From Promethearchaeum syntrophicum (GTDB taxonomy: Archaea > Asgardarchaeota > Lokiarchaeia > Sigyniarchaeales > Promethearchaeaceae), in contig NZ_CP042905.2 in the NCBI RefSeq assembly GCF_008000775.2, forward strand, positions 3,510,001-3,542,000: 32,000 bases of DNA, written 5' to 3'. Position 1 is the stretch's first letter; each line of letters starts with the position of its first letter. The position numbers and the translations under genes are program-made. Positions 7,731 to 16,507 of this stretch are shown piece by piece. Below the pieces are notes generated by a model. That model was given only the letters and a program-made list of their open reading frames with translations, was not told the origin of the DNA and searched no databases.

Positions 7731-8597
7731 ATGCAAGAAGAACACCAAAATCCGTTTAAATCATTTTTAAAAACGTTCAGATTTTTCATAGTGTTTGTGC
7801 TCATTATGCTAATAGGATCTATATTATTTATGATAAATGAAGGGGCGTTGGATATTGCGATTACAAATGTTTTTTATGATTCCAGTTTGTCCTTAGGGGA
7901 ACGATTTTTCTTGATAGAGGCTCAACCGTGGAAATTCTTAAATGATGAAAACGATTATTTTGAATATTTTCTGTATTTAACATTAATCCCTATGATTCTA
8001 ATTGGATTGATTGGTTTAATCATGAAAAAGCAATGGAAATTCCTTTTGCGTTATGGATTATATGCTTTTTTTTCAGCAGTTGTTGGTCCAGGTATTGTTG
8101 TAAATTTCATTTTCAAAGATTTATGGGGTCGTCCCCGACCAAGACAGACAGTTTTATGGCCCAATAGTGTAACTGCAGACAATTACGAATGGTATGCACT
8201 ATGGAAACCAGTATTTATTGAAGATCCTTCATTGATTGGTCAAGGAAAATCATTTCCTTCAGGTCACGTTGCTTTATTAGCCATATATGTGATATTTTTC
8301 TTTATGTTTATGCATCCCGTTTTATGGGCTCAGCTGTTCAAAAAGGGTAAGGAAAATTCTAAAATCAAACTCTTTTGTACTTTCAAATGGCTTGGATTAA
8401 TTTTTAGTATTATTGTGGGGATCTTCACTGGAATTGGTAGAATTGCAGTTGGAGCACATCATGCTAGTGATGTTTTATGGAGCTTTGGAATGGTTTACAT
8501 TGTAAATGCAATATTTTATTATTTGATATTTCAAATTCCTAAATTTGAGAAAAAAATGGTTCTTGATTATAACTTGTCAATAGAAATTCTGAAGTAA
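7731..8597 (+). CDS. PAP2-superfamily (type 2 phosphatidic acid / lipid phosphate) phosphatase, polytopic membrane protein
   Basis: All three PAP2 motifs are present: KDLWGRPRP, SFPSGHV, GRIAVGAHHASDV. A TATA-like aaaaatattaataaata lies about 29 nt upstream of the ATG. Confidence 0.85.
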   Translation: MQEEHQNPFKSFLKTFRFFIVFVLIMLIGSILFMINEGALDIAITNVFYDSSLSLGERFFLIEAQPWKFLNDENDYFEYFLYLTLIPMILIGLIGLIMKKQWKFLLRYGLYAFFSAVVGPGIVVNFIFKDLWGRPRPRQTVLWPNSVTADNYEWYALWKPVFIEDPSLIGQGKSFPSGHVALLAIYVIFFFMFMHPVLWAQLFKKGKENSKIKLFCTFKWLGLIFSIIVGIFTGIGRIAVGAHHASDVLWSFGMVYIVNAIFYYLIFQIPKFEKKMVLDYNLSIEILK

Positions 8598-8648
8598 AAA
8601 AAAACCTATGAGATAATTTCTTATAGAACTTCATTTCCATATATAATT

Positions 8649-10094
8649 ATGTCAGATGATAAGATAGTTGAATCAGAGCCTAAACCTCATTTAAAGCGAA
8701 TAATCACATTAGATTTTATCCGCGGATGCGCAATGATTGGTGTTCTCGGATTTCATTTACTTAACGTCGTTTATGATACAAACGCTCGAATTGATTTAGG
8801 AATTGAAAACCTTCCAATTGCATTTATTATTTTAGTAGCAATTTTAGGTTTTCTCGGATCCCTTTATCCAGCTTTTGTGTTAATTTCTGCAATTGGAAAC
8901 ACAATTTCAATGGATAAAAAATGGAAGAAATATGTAGTAAAAGCAGAAACACCGGAGAAACGGAAAATTGCCAGTTCTAAGATTTTAAAAACTCAGATTT
9001 TCCGAGGTTTATTTTTAATAATTGCCGATAAGATCATCGAAATTTTTCTAAATGGAGTTTTAACTTACACTCTAGCTTCCGAAACTGGAGAACGAATTAT
9101 AGGAAAAATGTTATCCGAATTATATCATGGTCAAATTTTATCATTAATTGGGTGGGGAATTCTTTTTACATCTATTGTGTATTTCATATGCAATAATAAG
9201 AATAAATCAAAGAAATTCACAAATACAACCCTTATTATTATTGGCATCGCTTTCATCGTTCTAACTCCTATTATTCTTATGATATTCGAAAGTGTACCAG
9301 GACTTGCGGGAAAACCAAATAACACTCTGGAAGACCGAACTTTTTGGGTGAATTTTTTATATGTTTTTCTATCACCAATCGCCAATGGCTGGTATCCGAT
9401 ATTTCCTGGTGTTTCAATTTTCTTTTTAGGCATGGTGATTGGTATAGAATTTTCTGAAGGAAATTTTTCAAAAAAAATTTTTAACCAAATAATCTATACA
9501 AGCCTGATTTATTTTGCAGCAGGACTTTTTTGGTTCATTTTACTTGAAGACGATAAATATACTAATGATATGTTAATTCCAACTGCGGGATCTTTACTAG
9601 GACTTGTAATATTGATATATTTTATAGAAATCAGAGGAAAAGGTACAGCCTTTGCGAGGAAAACAGTGTTTTTCAGAAGATTCGGTAATCTTTCGTTAAC
9701 TATTTGGGCATTACAATGGACTATGATGATTTTTCTACGGATTGTCCATTTAATTTTCTACGGTACATCAATATCTTTCATAGAAGGGCCAATTTTCAAT
9801 AGGGAATTGTCAGGAAACGCAACTTGGGGGTTATTTTTTGTTATGATCCCCCTTTGGTTTCTTATTCTTTGGAGCTGGGAGCATATAAATTATAAGGGGT
9901 CCTTAGAATGGTTATTTGCAAAGGTAATTTCTAAAGAAAGTTCAAAAGTAGACCTTAAATTTGCACTTCATAACGTTGATTCTGTTATCTCTAAAGATAA
10001 GGCTCAAATATTTTATAATCCATGGGAAATATTAGGCATATTCTTCCTCTTACTAATATATATGATTGGTTCCCTGGCAGTTCTTTTATTGTAG
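8649..10094 (+). CDS. DUF1624 / heparan-alpha-glucosaminide N-acetyltransferase-like (acyltransferase-3-like) polytopic membrane protein
   Basis: N-terminal RIITLDFIRGCAMIGVLGFH matches the R-x(3)-D-x(2)-RG-x(n)-H signature of the DUF1624/HGSNAT catalytic region. About 10 or more hydrophobic helices follow. Confidence 0.5.
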   Translation: MSDDKIVESEPKPHLKRIITLDFIRGCAMIGVLGFHLLNVVYDTNARIDLGIENLPIAFIILVAILGFLGSLYPAFVLISAIGNTISMDKKWKKYVVKAETPEKRKIASSKILKTQIFRGLFLIIADKIIEIFLNGVLTYTLASETGERIIGKMLSELYHGQILSLIGWGILFTSIVYFICNNKNKSKKFTNTTLIIIGIAFIVLTPIILMIFESVPGLAGKPNNTLEDRTFWVNFLYVFLSPIANGWYPIFPGVSIFFLGMVIGIEFSEGNFSKKIFNQIIYTSLIYFAAGLFWFILLEDDKYTNDMLIPTAGSLLGLVILIYFIEIRGKGTAFARKTVFFRRFGNLSLTIWALQWTMMIFLRIVHLIFYGTSISFIEGPIFNRELSGNATWGLFFVMIPLWFLILWSWEHINYKGSLEWLFAKVISKESSKVDLKFALHNVDSVISKDKAQIFYNPWEILGIFFLLLIYMIGSLAVLLL

Positions 10095-10120
10095 AGTGCA
10101 ACTTCATTCTTTTATATTAA

Positions 10121-10129
10121 TTTTTTTTT
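10121..10129 (+). terminator. T9 oligo-T terminator after the DUF1624 gene
   Basis: T9 run about 27 nt after the stop at 10092..10094. A second T9 lies near 10190. Confidence 0.4.
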
Positions 10130-10321
10130 AACCTCGAAATTCTTATAAATCTCATCAAAATTTCCCGAGTGAATTTCTAAATTGATTGGTTTTTTTTTCA
10201 TTTTATAGTTCTTTTTTAAGAAAGAGATTTATTTTTTTAATAGTTCATCCAATTCTTTAAATTTCAGTCACTTTGAATATTGGAAGGAAGATGATTTAAG
10301 AGATTTTGGGAGTAAATCAAT

Positions 10322-11575
10322 TTGTTTGGAGAAATTAAAACTATTTATCAGGAATATCCGAAAACATTCTGGATTTTGATGACGGCTACCTTTATAGATA
10401 GAATAGGTGGAGCACTCTTATTTCCATTCTTTGCGCTATATATAACAGATCATTTTGGAGTTGGAATGACAGAGGTAGGAATATTATTCGGTCTCTACGC
10501 AGCCGGAAGTATAATTGGAGGGATAGTAGGTGGCATAATTACAGATAAATATGGTCGAAAATTTATGCTGCTTTTTGGGTTAATTGCGAGTGCATCATTT
10601 AGTCTATTAATGGGATTTATAGATAATCTAAATGTTTTTTATAGTTTAGCTATTTTTTGGGGATTAGTTGGTGATTCTGGAGGACCGGCACAACGAGCAA
10701 TGGTTACAGATTTACTTGTTGAAGAAAAACGTGTTGAGGGATTTGGAGTCATTAAAATTATAGGTAATTTGGCAATTTCAATAGGACCGGCTATTGGGAG
10801 CTTTCTTGCTACTCGTTCCTTTTTATTGCTTTTTATTGCAGATGCAATAACTAGTTTAATAACAGCAATAATCGTTTTCATTACAATTCCTGAAACGAAA
10901 CCTGAGATAAAAATTGAAAATCCTAATCATTCAATCTGGCAAACCTTTATTGGCTATAAGGATGTCTTGAAAGATAGAATATTTATGGTATTTATGGCCA
11001 TTACTGCTTTAGTAACTTTAGTTTACATGCAAATGAATGGCACTCTCTCAGTATTTTTAAGAGATAACCACAGCTTTTCCACTGAGAAAATTGGTTGGTT
11101 ATTAAGTATGAATGCAGGAATGGTTGTGCTGTTTCAATTTTGGATCACACGCAAAGTTAAGAATTTTTCACCAATGATTATTACTGCTATTGGGACTTTA
11201 CTGTATGGAATAGGCTTTGGTATGTATGGTTTTATAAAATCAGATATCATGATGTTTATTGCTATGATCATTATAACGATTGGAGAAATGATTCGAGCTC
11301 CATTTACTTTATCTATTGTCTCAGATATCGCATCTGAAGATAATAGAGGAAGATATATGGCTGTTTTCAGTTTTTCATGGACATTTCCTACTTTATTTGG
11401 ATTATTAGTTGCTGGAACTCTTATGGATAATTATAATCAAAATTTAGTTTGGTATGGTGGAGGATTATTTTGCATTATTGGGGTATTATTTTATGTTCTT
11501 TTAAATAAGACATTTGAGAATAGGATTATCCTGTCGAAAGTAGAAAAAAATGCACTTGAAATTGCAATCGAGTAA
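10322..11575 (+). CDS. Major facilitator superfamily (MFS) transporter
   Basis: 12-TM-like profile. MFS motif A is present in loop 2-3 (GGIITDKYGRKFMLLFG). A TTG start is forced: an in-frame TAA lies at 10313..10315, there is no ATG before TM1, and GGGAG lies about 10 nt upstream. Confidence 0.85.
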   Translation: MFGEIKTIYQEYPKTFWILMTATFIDRIGGALLFPFFALYITDHFGVGMTEVGILFGLYAAGSIIGGIVGGIITDKYGRKFMLLFGLIASASFSLLMGFIDNLNVFYSLAIFWGLVGDSGGPAQRAMVTDLLVEEKRVEGFGVIKIIGNLAISIGPAIGSFLATRSFLLLFIADAITSLITAIIVFITIPETKPEIKIENPNHSIWQTFIGYKDVLKDRIFMVFMAITALVTLVYMQMNGTLSVFLRDNHSFSTEKIGWLLSMNAGMVVLFQFWITRKVKNFSPMIITAIGTLLYGIGFGMYGFIKSDIMMFIAMIIITIGEMIRAPFTLSIVSDIASEDNRGRYMAVFSFSWTFPTLFGLLVAGTLMDNYNQNLVWYGGGLFCIIGVLFYVLLNKTFENRIILSKVEKNALEIAIE

Positions 11576-11644
11576 AATAATTTAACAAATGATTTTCATT
11601 TATTTTTCTTATTTTGTCCTTTCTTCAATCAATTTATTGAGTAA

Positions 11645-11657
11645 AAAATATAATTTA
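11645..11657 (+). promoter_or_regulatory. BRE/TATA-like element for the HAD hydrolase gene
   Basis: aaaaatataattta is centred about 26 nt upstream of the ATG at 11676, which is leaderless geometry. Confidence 0.4.
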
Positions 11658-11675
11658 CCTCACATTTATGTCCAT

Positions 11676-12419
11676 ATGCTTCACGCAATTACATTTGATC
11701 TATGGAACACCTTAATAGCAAATCGATTTTATGGAAATCAAAGACTCGATTATCTTATTGATTTCTTACACGATAATTCCTTTAAAGTTTCTTGGGATGA
11801 ACTCAAAGAAAAATATAATCGCGTATTAGAGAAGCACAGAACAACTGAGAAGAAATTTGGAATAATTCATTTTCAATTAGAAGATAGATTGATAGAACTT
11901 TTTACTTCTTTAAACTTGGATATAACTCCTATGCTTCTCAAGAAGATAATAGTAGATTTGGAAGATATAATGATGTTAGATCCTCCTCCTTTAATGGATA
12001 ATGTAAAGGAAACAATAGAATATTTGTCAAAAGATTTTAAATTGGGACTTATTTCTGATACAGGAATTACCCCTGGGAGAGTTTTACGAAAAGTCTTAGA
12101 AAAACATGAAATTCTACGTTATTTTCAAACAACTGTATTTTCAAATGAAACTGGGTACTTAAAACCTAGCAATGTTATGTTTGAAACTGCTTTAAAAGAG
12201 TTAGGGATTAAATCACCGAATGCACTCCATATAGGAGATTTACTGCAAACAGATATTAAAGGAGCTAAAGACTATGGGATGAAAGCAATTTGGATTTCAT
12301 ATGATAGAATTCCATTAGAAACTAATTCTAAAATTCAAATAACTCCTGATTTTATTATTTCAAATATCCAAGAAATAATTCCTATTGTTGAAAAACTAAA
12401 TAAAAAAAATGTAAAATAA
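11676..12419 (+). CDS. HAD-superfamily hydrolase (subfamily IA-like)
   Basis: Motif I ITFDLWNTLI lies directly after Met30 of the track ORF. Motif II is GLISDTG. Motifs III/IV are K...HIGDLLQTDIKGAKDYGMKAIW. I prefer the start at 11676 (track ORF 11589) because of the TATA spacing and the usual N-terminal position of motif I. Confidence 0.8.
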   Translation: MLHAITFDLWNTLIANRFYGNQRLDYLIDFLHDNSFKVSWDELKEKYNRVLEKHRTTEKKFGIIHFQLEDRLIELFTSLNLDITPMLLKKIIVDLEDIMMLDPPPLMDNVKETIEYLSKDFKLGLISDTGITPGRVLRKVLEKHEILRYFQTTVFSNETGYLKPSNVMFETALKELGIKSPNALHIGDLLQTDIKGAKDYGMKAIWISYDRIPLETNSKIQITPDFIISNIQEIIPIVEKLNKKNVK

Positions 12420-12433
12420 AAAACCGCAGAAAG

Positions 12434-13324
12434 CTATTGAATAAATGTTCCTGGAGGAAATACTTGTAATACAATAAGTCCCGTTGCAATAAAAATAATT
12501 GTTAATACTACAAATATTATAAATGGGACAAAGGTAATTAGTTTTGCATAAGAAATCTTAACTTTATCTGGGAAATCAGTTTTTTTCATCCATTTATCTG
12601 CAGCATCTAACAAGAAATTTATGAAATAAAGTAATACTACAACAATGATAAACTCTAATCCATAAAAATAAAAAGGCATATTATTAATTTGATTTGTGCT
12701 AATCACTCCTAATTCATTTCCAGGTGTCCAAAATGGCCATTTTTGTAAGAAAATTTTCGCTAAATAATATAAAAACCATGTAAACATGATCATTGGAGCC
12801 ATTTTTTTAAAATCAACAATTTTCTCATTCTTCTTGGCAGTATTGTAAAGAATAGTCACTCCCATTACCATTCCACAGATATGATTAAGGTCATAAAATA
12901 TCTGTAAGAAATATGAATGATATCGAAATATTTCCCATGTAAAAATATCTTTGGCTACAAATGGATTTATTGTTGAAAAGAAGCTTACTACGGGAAAAGC
13001 TAAGGTTGCTATTGAACCCTTTTTAAACCATTCATTCCCAGTGATTAACCCTATTACCGATCCTAATCCGGTGTAATAACAAATATATACTAAATTATGA
13101 AGATTGTTTGTTGAAGTGATTACTCGCTCACCTTCACTATTAAGAGACCAATCCATATCGGAAAAAATATTAATATCAAAATGCTGATTTATTCCATCAT
13201 ATCCATAGTTTAACCATTCGTAATGCCATCCATCCCAGAATAAATAGACGATAAAAATTAAAATATAGATGGATAAACAGATGTAACCCATTTTTCTCTC
13301 TTTTATGTTCTCATTTAATTTCAT
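12434..13324 (-). CDS. Polytopic membrane protein, unknown function
   Basis: 296-aa ORF with about 7 or more hydrophobic segments and aromatic-rich loops. No motif recognised. Confidence 0.5.
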   Translation of the reverse strand: MKLNENIKERKMGYICLSIYILIFIVYLFWDGWHYEWLNYGYDGINQHFDINIFSDMDWSLNSEGERVITSTNNLHNLVYICYYTGLGSVIGLITGNEWFKKGSIATLAFPVVSFFSTINPFVAKDIFTWEIFRYHSYFLQIFYDLNHICGMVMGVTILYNTAKKNEKIVDFKKMAPMIMFTWFLYYLAKIFLQKWPFWTPGNELGVISTNQINNMPFYFYGLEFIIVVVLLYFINFLLDAADKWMKKTDFPDKVKISYAKLITFVPFIIFVVLTIIFIATGLIVLQVFPPGTFIQ

Positions 13325-13387
13325 ATATTAATTTTTATAGAGGTTTAATATATAATTTTCTTTTCTGAACAAAAACAGCAAAAAAGA

Positions 13388-14326
13388 TTACACATTTCTG
13401 AACTTTTCCCCACAAGAACTACAAAAGGTGGCATCTTTTGGATTTTCAGTTCCACAAATTGGACAAAATTTTAAAATTGATTCTTTATCAGATGATAAAA
13501 AATTTATTGCAGAATCTAAGACTTCATCTTCAGATTGAACAGAATTGTAAAAATCTTTTTCCAGTGAATCTACAGGTAAAGAACCATCAGAAGTTTTAAT
13601 AGGGTCCACTAGTTTTACAGAACGAAAGTGGGATTTATCATCCTTAATTTCTAATAATTCAGATGGTTTTTCTTTCATATCTGGTATTAAACGTGAAAGT
13701 CTTGAGAAATCAACATTTAATTTTGGATAGGCACATTTCTCGAATTTGAAAGATTTTAAATGTCCTTCAACGGTGCCTAATGAAATTATGTTTAAATAAT
13801 TAGATTTCTTAAACCAGATTCTTTCCAGATTGGGTGCTTTAAGTAATGATAAATTAATTTTAAAGAAATTACAACCGTCCAAAAAAAACAAATTTTGCAG
13901 ATAAGGTAGATTAGTAGAACTATTAAAGATCTCAGATCTTTCCACATTCGAAAAATGCAAAGTATTGAGGTGATTATCCCCAGAAAATTGCCCTTTAAAC
14001 TTTATAAATTTTGAATTTTCAAATTTCCAACTGTAAAATTCAGGGAAAATACCCTTAATATCCATAATGTCAACATATTCAGTATTTGCAAAAAAAATTT
14101 GTTTGATTTTCGAAGATTTACTAAAATCAAGAGAAAATTCAAAATATCTACAACCAATAATTTCAATGTATTCAAGATTTGGCCAATTTTCTGAATTTAT
14201 TTTGAAGGTTCCATTTGTACAAAAATGAAATGATAGTTTTTTTGCATTTTTAGTGTCTTTATTTACACTTGAAATTGCTGCAGGCAATTGAAGATATTTT
14301 TTTTTCCGGAAAACAATTTCATGCAT
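13388..14326 (-). CDS. Leucine-rich-repeat-like protein with acidic/Ser-rich linker and C-terminal zinc ribbon
   Basis: About seven units of 23-24 aa with an L-x-x-(I/L)-x-(F/I)-x-x-(C/S) pattern, e.g. PNLEYIEIIGCRYFEF, NHLNTLHFSNVERSEI, PYLQNLFFLDGCNFFKI, PNLERIWFKKSNYLNI. The C-terminus is CPICGTENPKDATFCSSCGEKF. Confidence 0.5.
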   Translation of the reverse strand: MHEIVFRKKKYLQLPAAISSVNKDTKNAKKLSFHFCTNGTFKINSENWPNLEYIEIIGCRYFEFSLDFSKSSKIKQIFFANTEYVDIMDIKGIFPEFYSWKFENSKFIKFKGQFSGDNHLNTLHFSNVERSEIFNSSTNLPYLQNLFFLDGCNFFKINLSLLKAPNLERIWFKKSNYLNIISLGTVEGHLKSFKFEKCAYPKLNVDFSRLSRLIPDMKEKPSELLEIKDDKSHFRSVKLVDPIKTSDGSLPVDSLEKDFYNSVQSEDEVLDSAINFLSSDKESILKFCPICGTENPKDATFCSSCGEKFRNV

Positions 14327-14367
14327 TTAATTAAACCACTTATGAATGTAATCTAAAAATAAACATA

Positions 14368-15360
14368 TTAATTTTGAGTAAGATCAATTCGACCAGCTTT
14401 TTTTAACACATACAGAGCATCAAGAGTTACCCATGGATTAGACTTGCGTTTATTTACTCCCCCCCAATCTACGGGAGAAATATTACTTTTTGCAGAGCCT
14501 AAATAATACCTAGCCTCAGCGGGAAACCCTCCATCATCCAATCTTTTTTTTTCGAGGAGATCTAAAGCATCATTACATCGTTTATCTTTGATTCTGTTTG
14601 CTTCTGCGAGTACTTTTAATATGGAGAGAATCTCATAATGCCAATATGGGGGATAGGAGAGTTTTATCCATTTGGGATTAATAATTTCCCCTGTATGCAT
14701 ATTTTTATACAAATCACGTTTTAGGAATACTTCAGCAGCTCTATTGATAGCAATTTTAACTTCAGGTTTGTCAATTATGCTCGAATATAAATTTAAACTG
14801 CGCAATGGGAATAAACTTTCATTATATGACGAATTAATTGCTTTGGGTTTCTTATCACAGTTCCAACCACCATCATCCCATTGATATTTGATCAATCGAT
14901 CAGCTAATTGTGAACAACGCCCGTCATCCAATTTAAGATATAAAAGTGAATAAAGAGCATTTCCCTCCATGGATGCGCAAAATCGTTTGCGTCCATCAAT
15001 TGTTGGTTTTTTTAACCAGTGTTGATCACTAAACAACCAATCAAGTTCAAAGTTTCGACTGGGTATCAAGGATAAATCTCCAGGAGGATAACCCAAATCT
15101 GCAAGTACATATAAAATCCAATGAACACCATACCATTTATGATACACGCCTTTAGCGGGAATTTCTCCTTTTTTGGGTAAGTGTGAAAATAATGATTTAT
15201 ACACCCTAGATTTAGTTTTTATATTTTTAGTTAATTTCTTTACTTCATTAGATCCGTAGTCATGTTCTAGTAATTTTAAATATGTTTTTAACCGAATCGC
15301 AAGTTCTTTTGAGCCAATTAAGGTATTTATAATATTAGTCTTACTCAAAGTTAACACCAT
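14368..15360 (-). CDS. Alpha/alpha-toroid repeat protein (prenyltransferase / squalene-oxidase-repeat-like)
   Basis: Repeated QW-type motifs: KYQWDDGGWNCD and KKRLDDGGFPAE. Helical-pair periodicity. No signal peptide. Confidence 0.4.
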   Translation of the reverse strand: MVLTLSKTNIINTLIGSKELAIRLKTYLKLLEHDYGSNEVKKLTKNIKTKSRVYKSLFSHLPKKGEIPAKGVYHKWYGVHWILYVLADLGYPPGDLSLIPSRNFELDWLFSDQHWLKKPTIDGRKRFCASMEGNALYSLLYLKLDDGRCSQLADRLIKYQWDDGGWNCDKKPKAINSSYNESLFPLRSLNLYSSIIDKPEVKIAINRAAEVFLKRDLYKNMHTGEIINPKWIKLSYPPYWHYEILSILKVLAEANRIKDKRCNDALDLLEKKRLDDGGFPAEARYYLGSAKSNISPVDWGGVNKRKSNPWVTLDALYVLKKAGRIDLTQN

Positions 15361-15361
15361 T

Positions 15362-16363
15362 TCATTCTAGTTTGAAAATACCGCCACAACTGTATTGAAT
15401 TCCATTTATCCCTAAATGTATTCTATCATTACTTGCTATAGCAACTGCATTATTAATACCCTTCAGCACTCGTTCCATCATAAATTCGAAAGCATTTAAT
15501 AACTCAAGTGAAATCGTAAAATTTTTCTTTTCAAGAGCATCCGAGATATTTATCAGTAAGTCGGGGAGAAATTCAGTGCCGATCATAATTTTTTCCCCAT
15601 CAATCATATGATCACCGCTAAATGCAAAAGGATGGGGAACATCTAATTTCATAAAAAGAAATTTACTAACAAAGAGTGATGATTTTATCCCTCGCATCAT
15701 AAAATTGATCCCACTATTTGGTGTTTCTTTTCGTACATAAGTTAGCATAAGTCTTAACATATCTGAAGAAATTCTGGAAGTAAATAAATTCCTAGTATTT
15801 CGAGAGATAGTTTTTTTGGGTGAGATTAGATCAAAATATTTCAAAGTTGAATGGAAATAATAATCATTTAAGTAGTCTTTGACCGTTAGGGGGACATTTT
15901 CAGATTTTGGTTTATAAAAACTAAGATCGAATTTGTGTTCTGCAAGATGGTATAAGAAATTCTTAATAAGTAAATATTTTATTTTGAATCGATCTAATGC
16001 AAAAAATAGAGGAACTCGCGAGGCTGAATATGCGTCTACAGAACCCATCCTGCGGTGTCTAAAAGATGTTTTTTGCCATCGATTTCGCATTTCAATCGGT
16101 TTTAACCTATTATGGACATTATAATATCGATCAACGATATCTTTAAACATCTCGTCTTTGATATCCATTAGTTTGCAGAAATTCTTAGGATTTGGATTAC
16201 TCTGTATCACTTTTTCCATATTTTTATAGTTCCCATATATCAAAAGAATTGAGCTCATAACCTCAAGTTCTAAAATAGGGCGACATGGAATGAAAACTCG
16301 ATTAATATCGACATTTAAGGTATTTTCTAATGTATCAGATGAAATTAATATATCTTGGCTCAT
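15362..16363 (-). CDS. Hypothetical protein (333 aa), translationally coupled to the toroid protein
   Basis: Long ORF with coding-like composition. Its TGA and the downstream ATG are arranged TGAaATG at 15358..15364. No family recognised. Confidence 0.55.
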   Translation of the reverse strand: MSQDILISSDTLENTLNVDINRVFIPCRPILELEVMSSILLIYGNYKNMEKVIQSNPNPKNFCKLMDIKDEMFKDIVDRYYNVHNRLKPIEMRNRWQKTSFRHRRMGSVDAYSASRVPLFFALDRFKIKYLLIKNFLYHLAEHKFDLSFYKPKSENVPLTVKDYLNDYYFHSTLKYFDLISPKKTISRNTRNLFTSRISSDMLRLMLTYVRKETPNSGINFMMRGIKSSLFVSKFLFMKLDVPHPFAFSGDHMIDGEKIMIGTEFLPDLLINISDALEKKNFTISLELLNAFEFMMERVLKGINNAVAIASNDRIHLGINGIQYSCGGIFKLE

Positions 16364-16507
16364 GAAAAATCACAATTTTAACTATGGGGAAATTAATCCT
16401 TTGTTTTTTATTTTGAAATTCATCCAAATAAGTTCTTTTCTTTTTTCGTATTTCTTATTTTAGAAAATGAAATAATGGTTTGAAAATGGGAAAGATTAAT
16501 TGAATTA

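Noticed and set aside
2-15360. A eukaryote-like CaaX protein-prenylation pathway (ICMT-like fragment at 2..127 plus the prenyltransferase-like toroid at 14368..15360)
   Set aside because: The two genes are 14 kb apart and not co-oriented. The toroid protein lacks an identifiable alpha-subunit partner or Zn-binding motif, and the ICMT/PEMT fragment is equally compatible with a phospholipid methyltransferase. The idea is too speculative to report as a finding.
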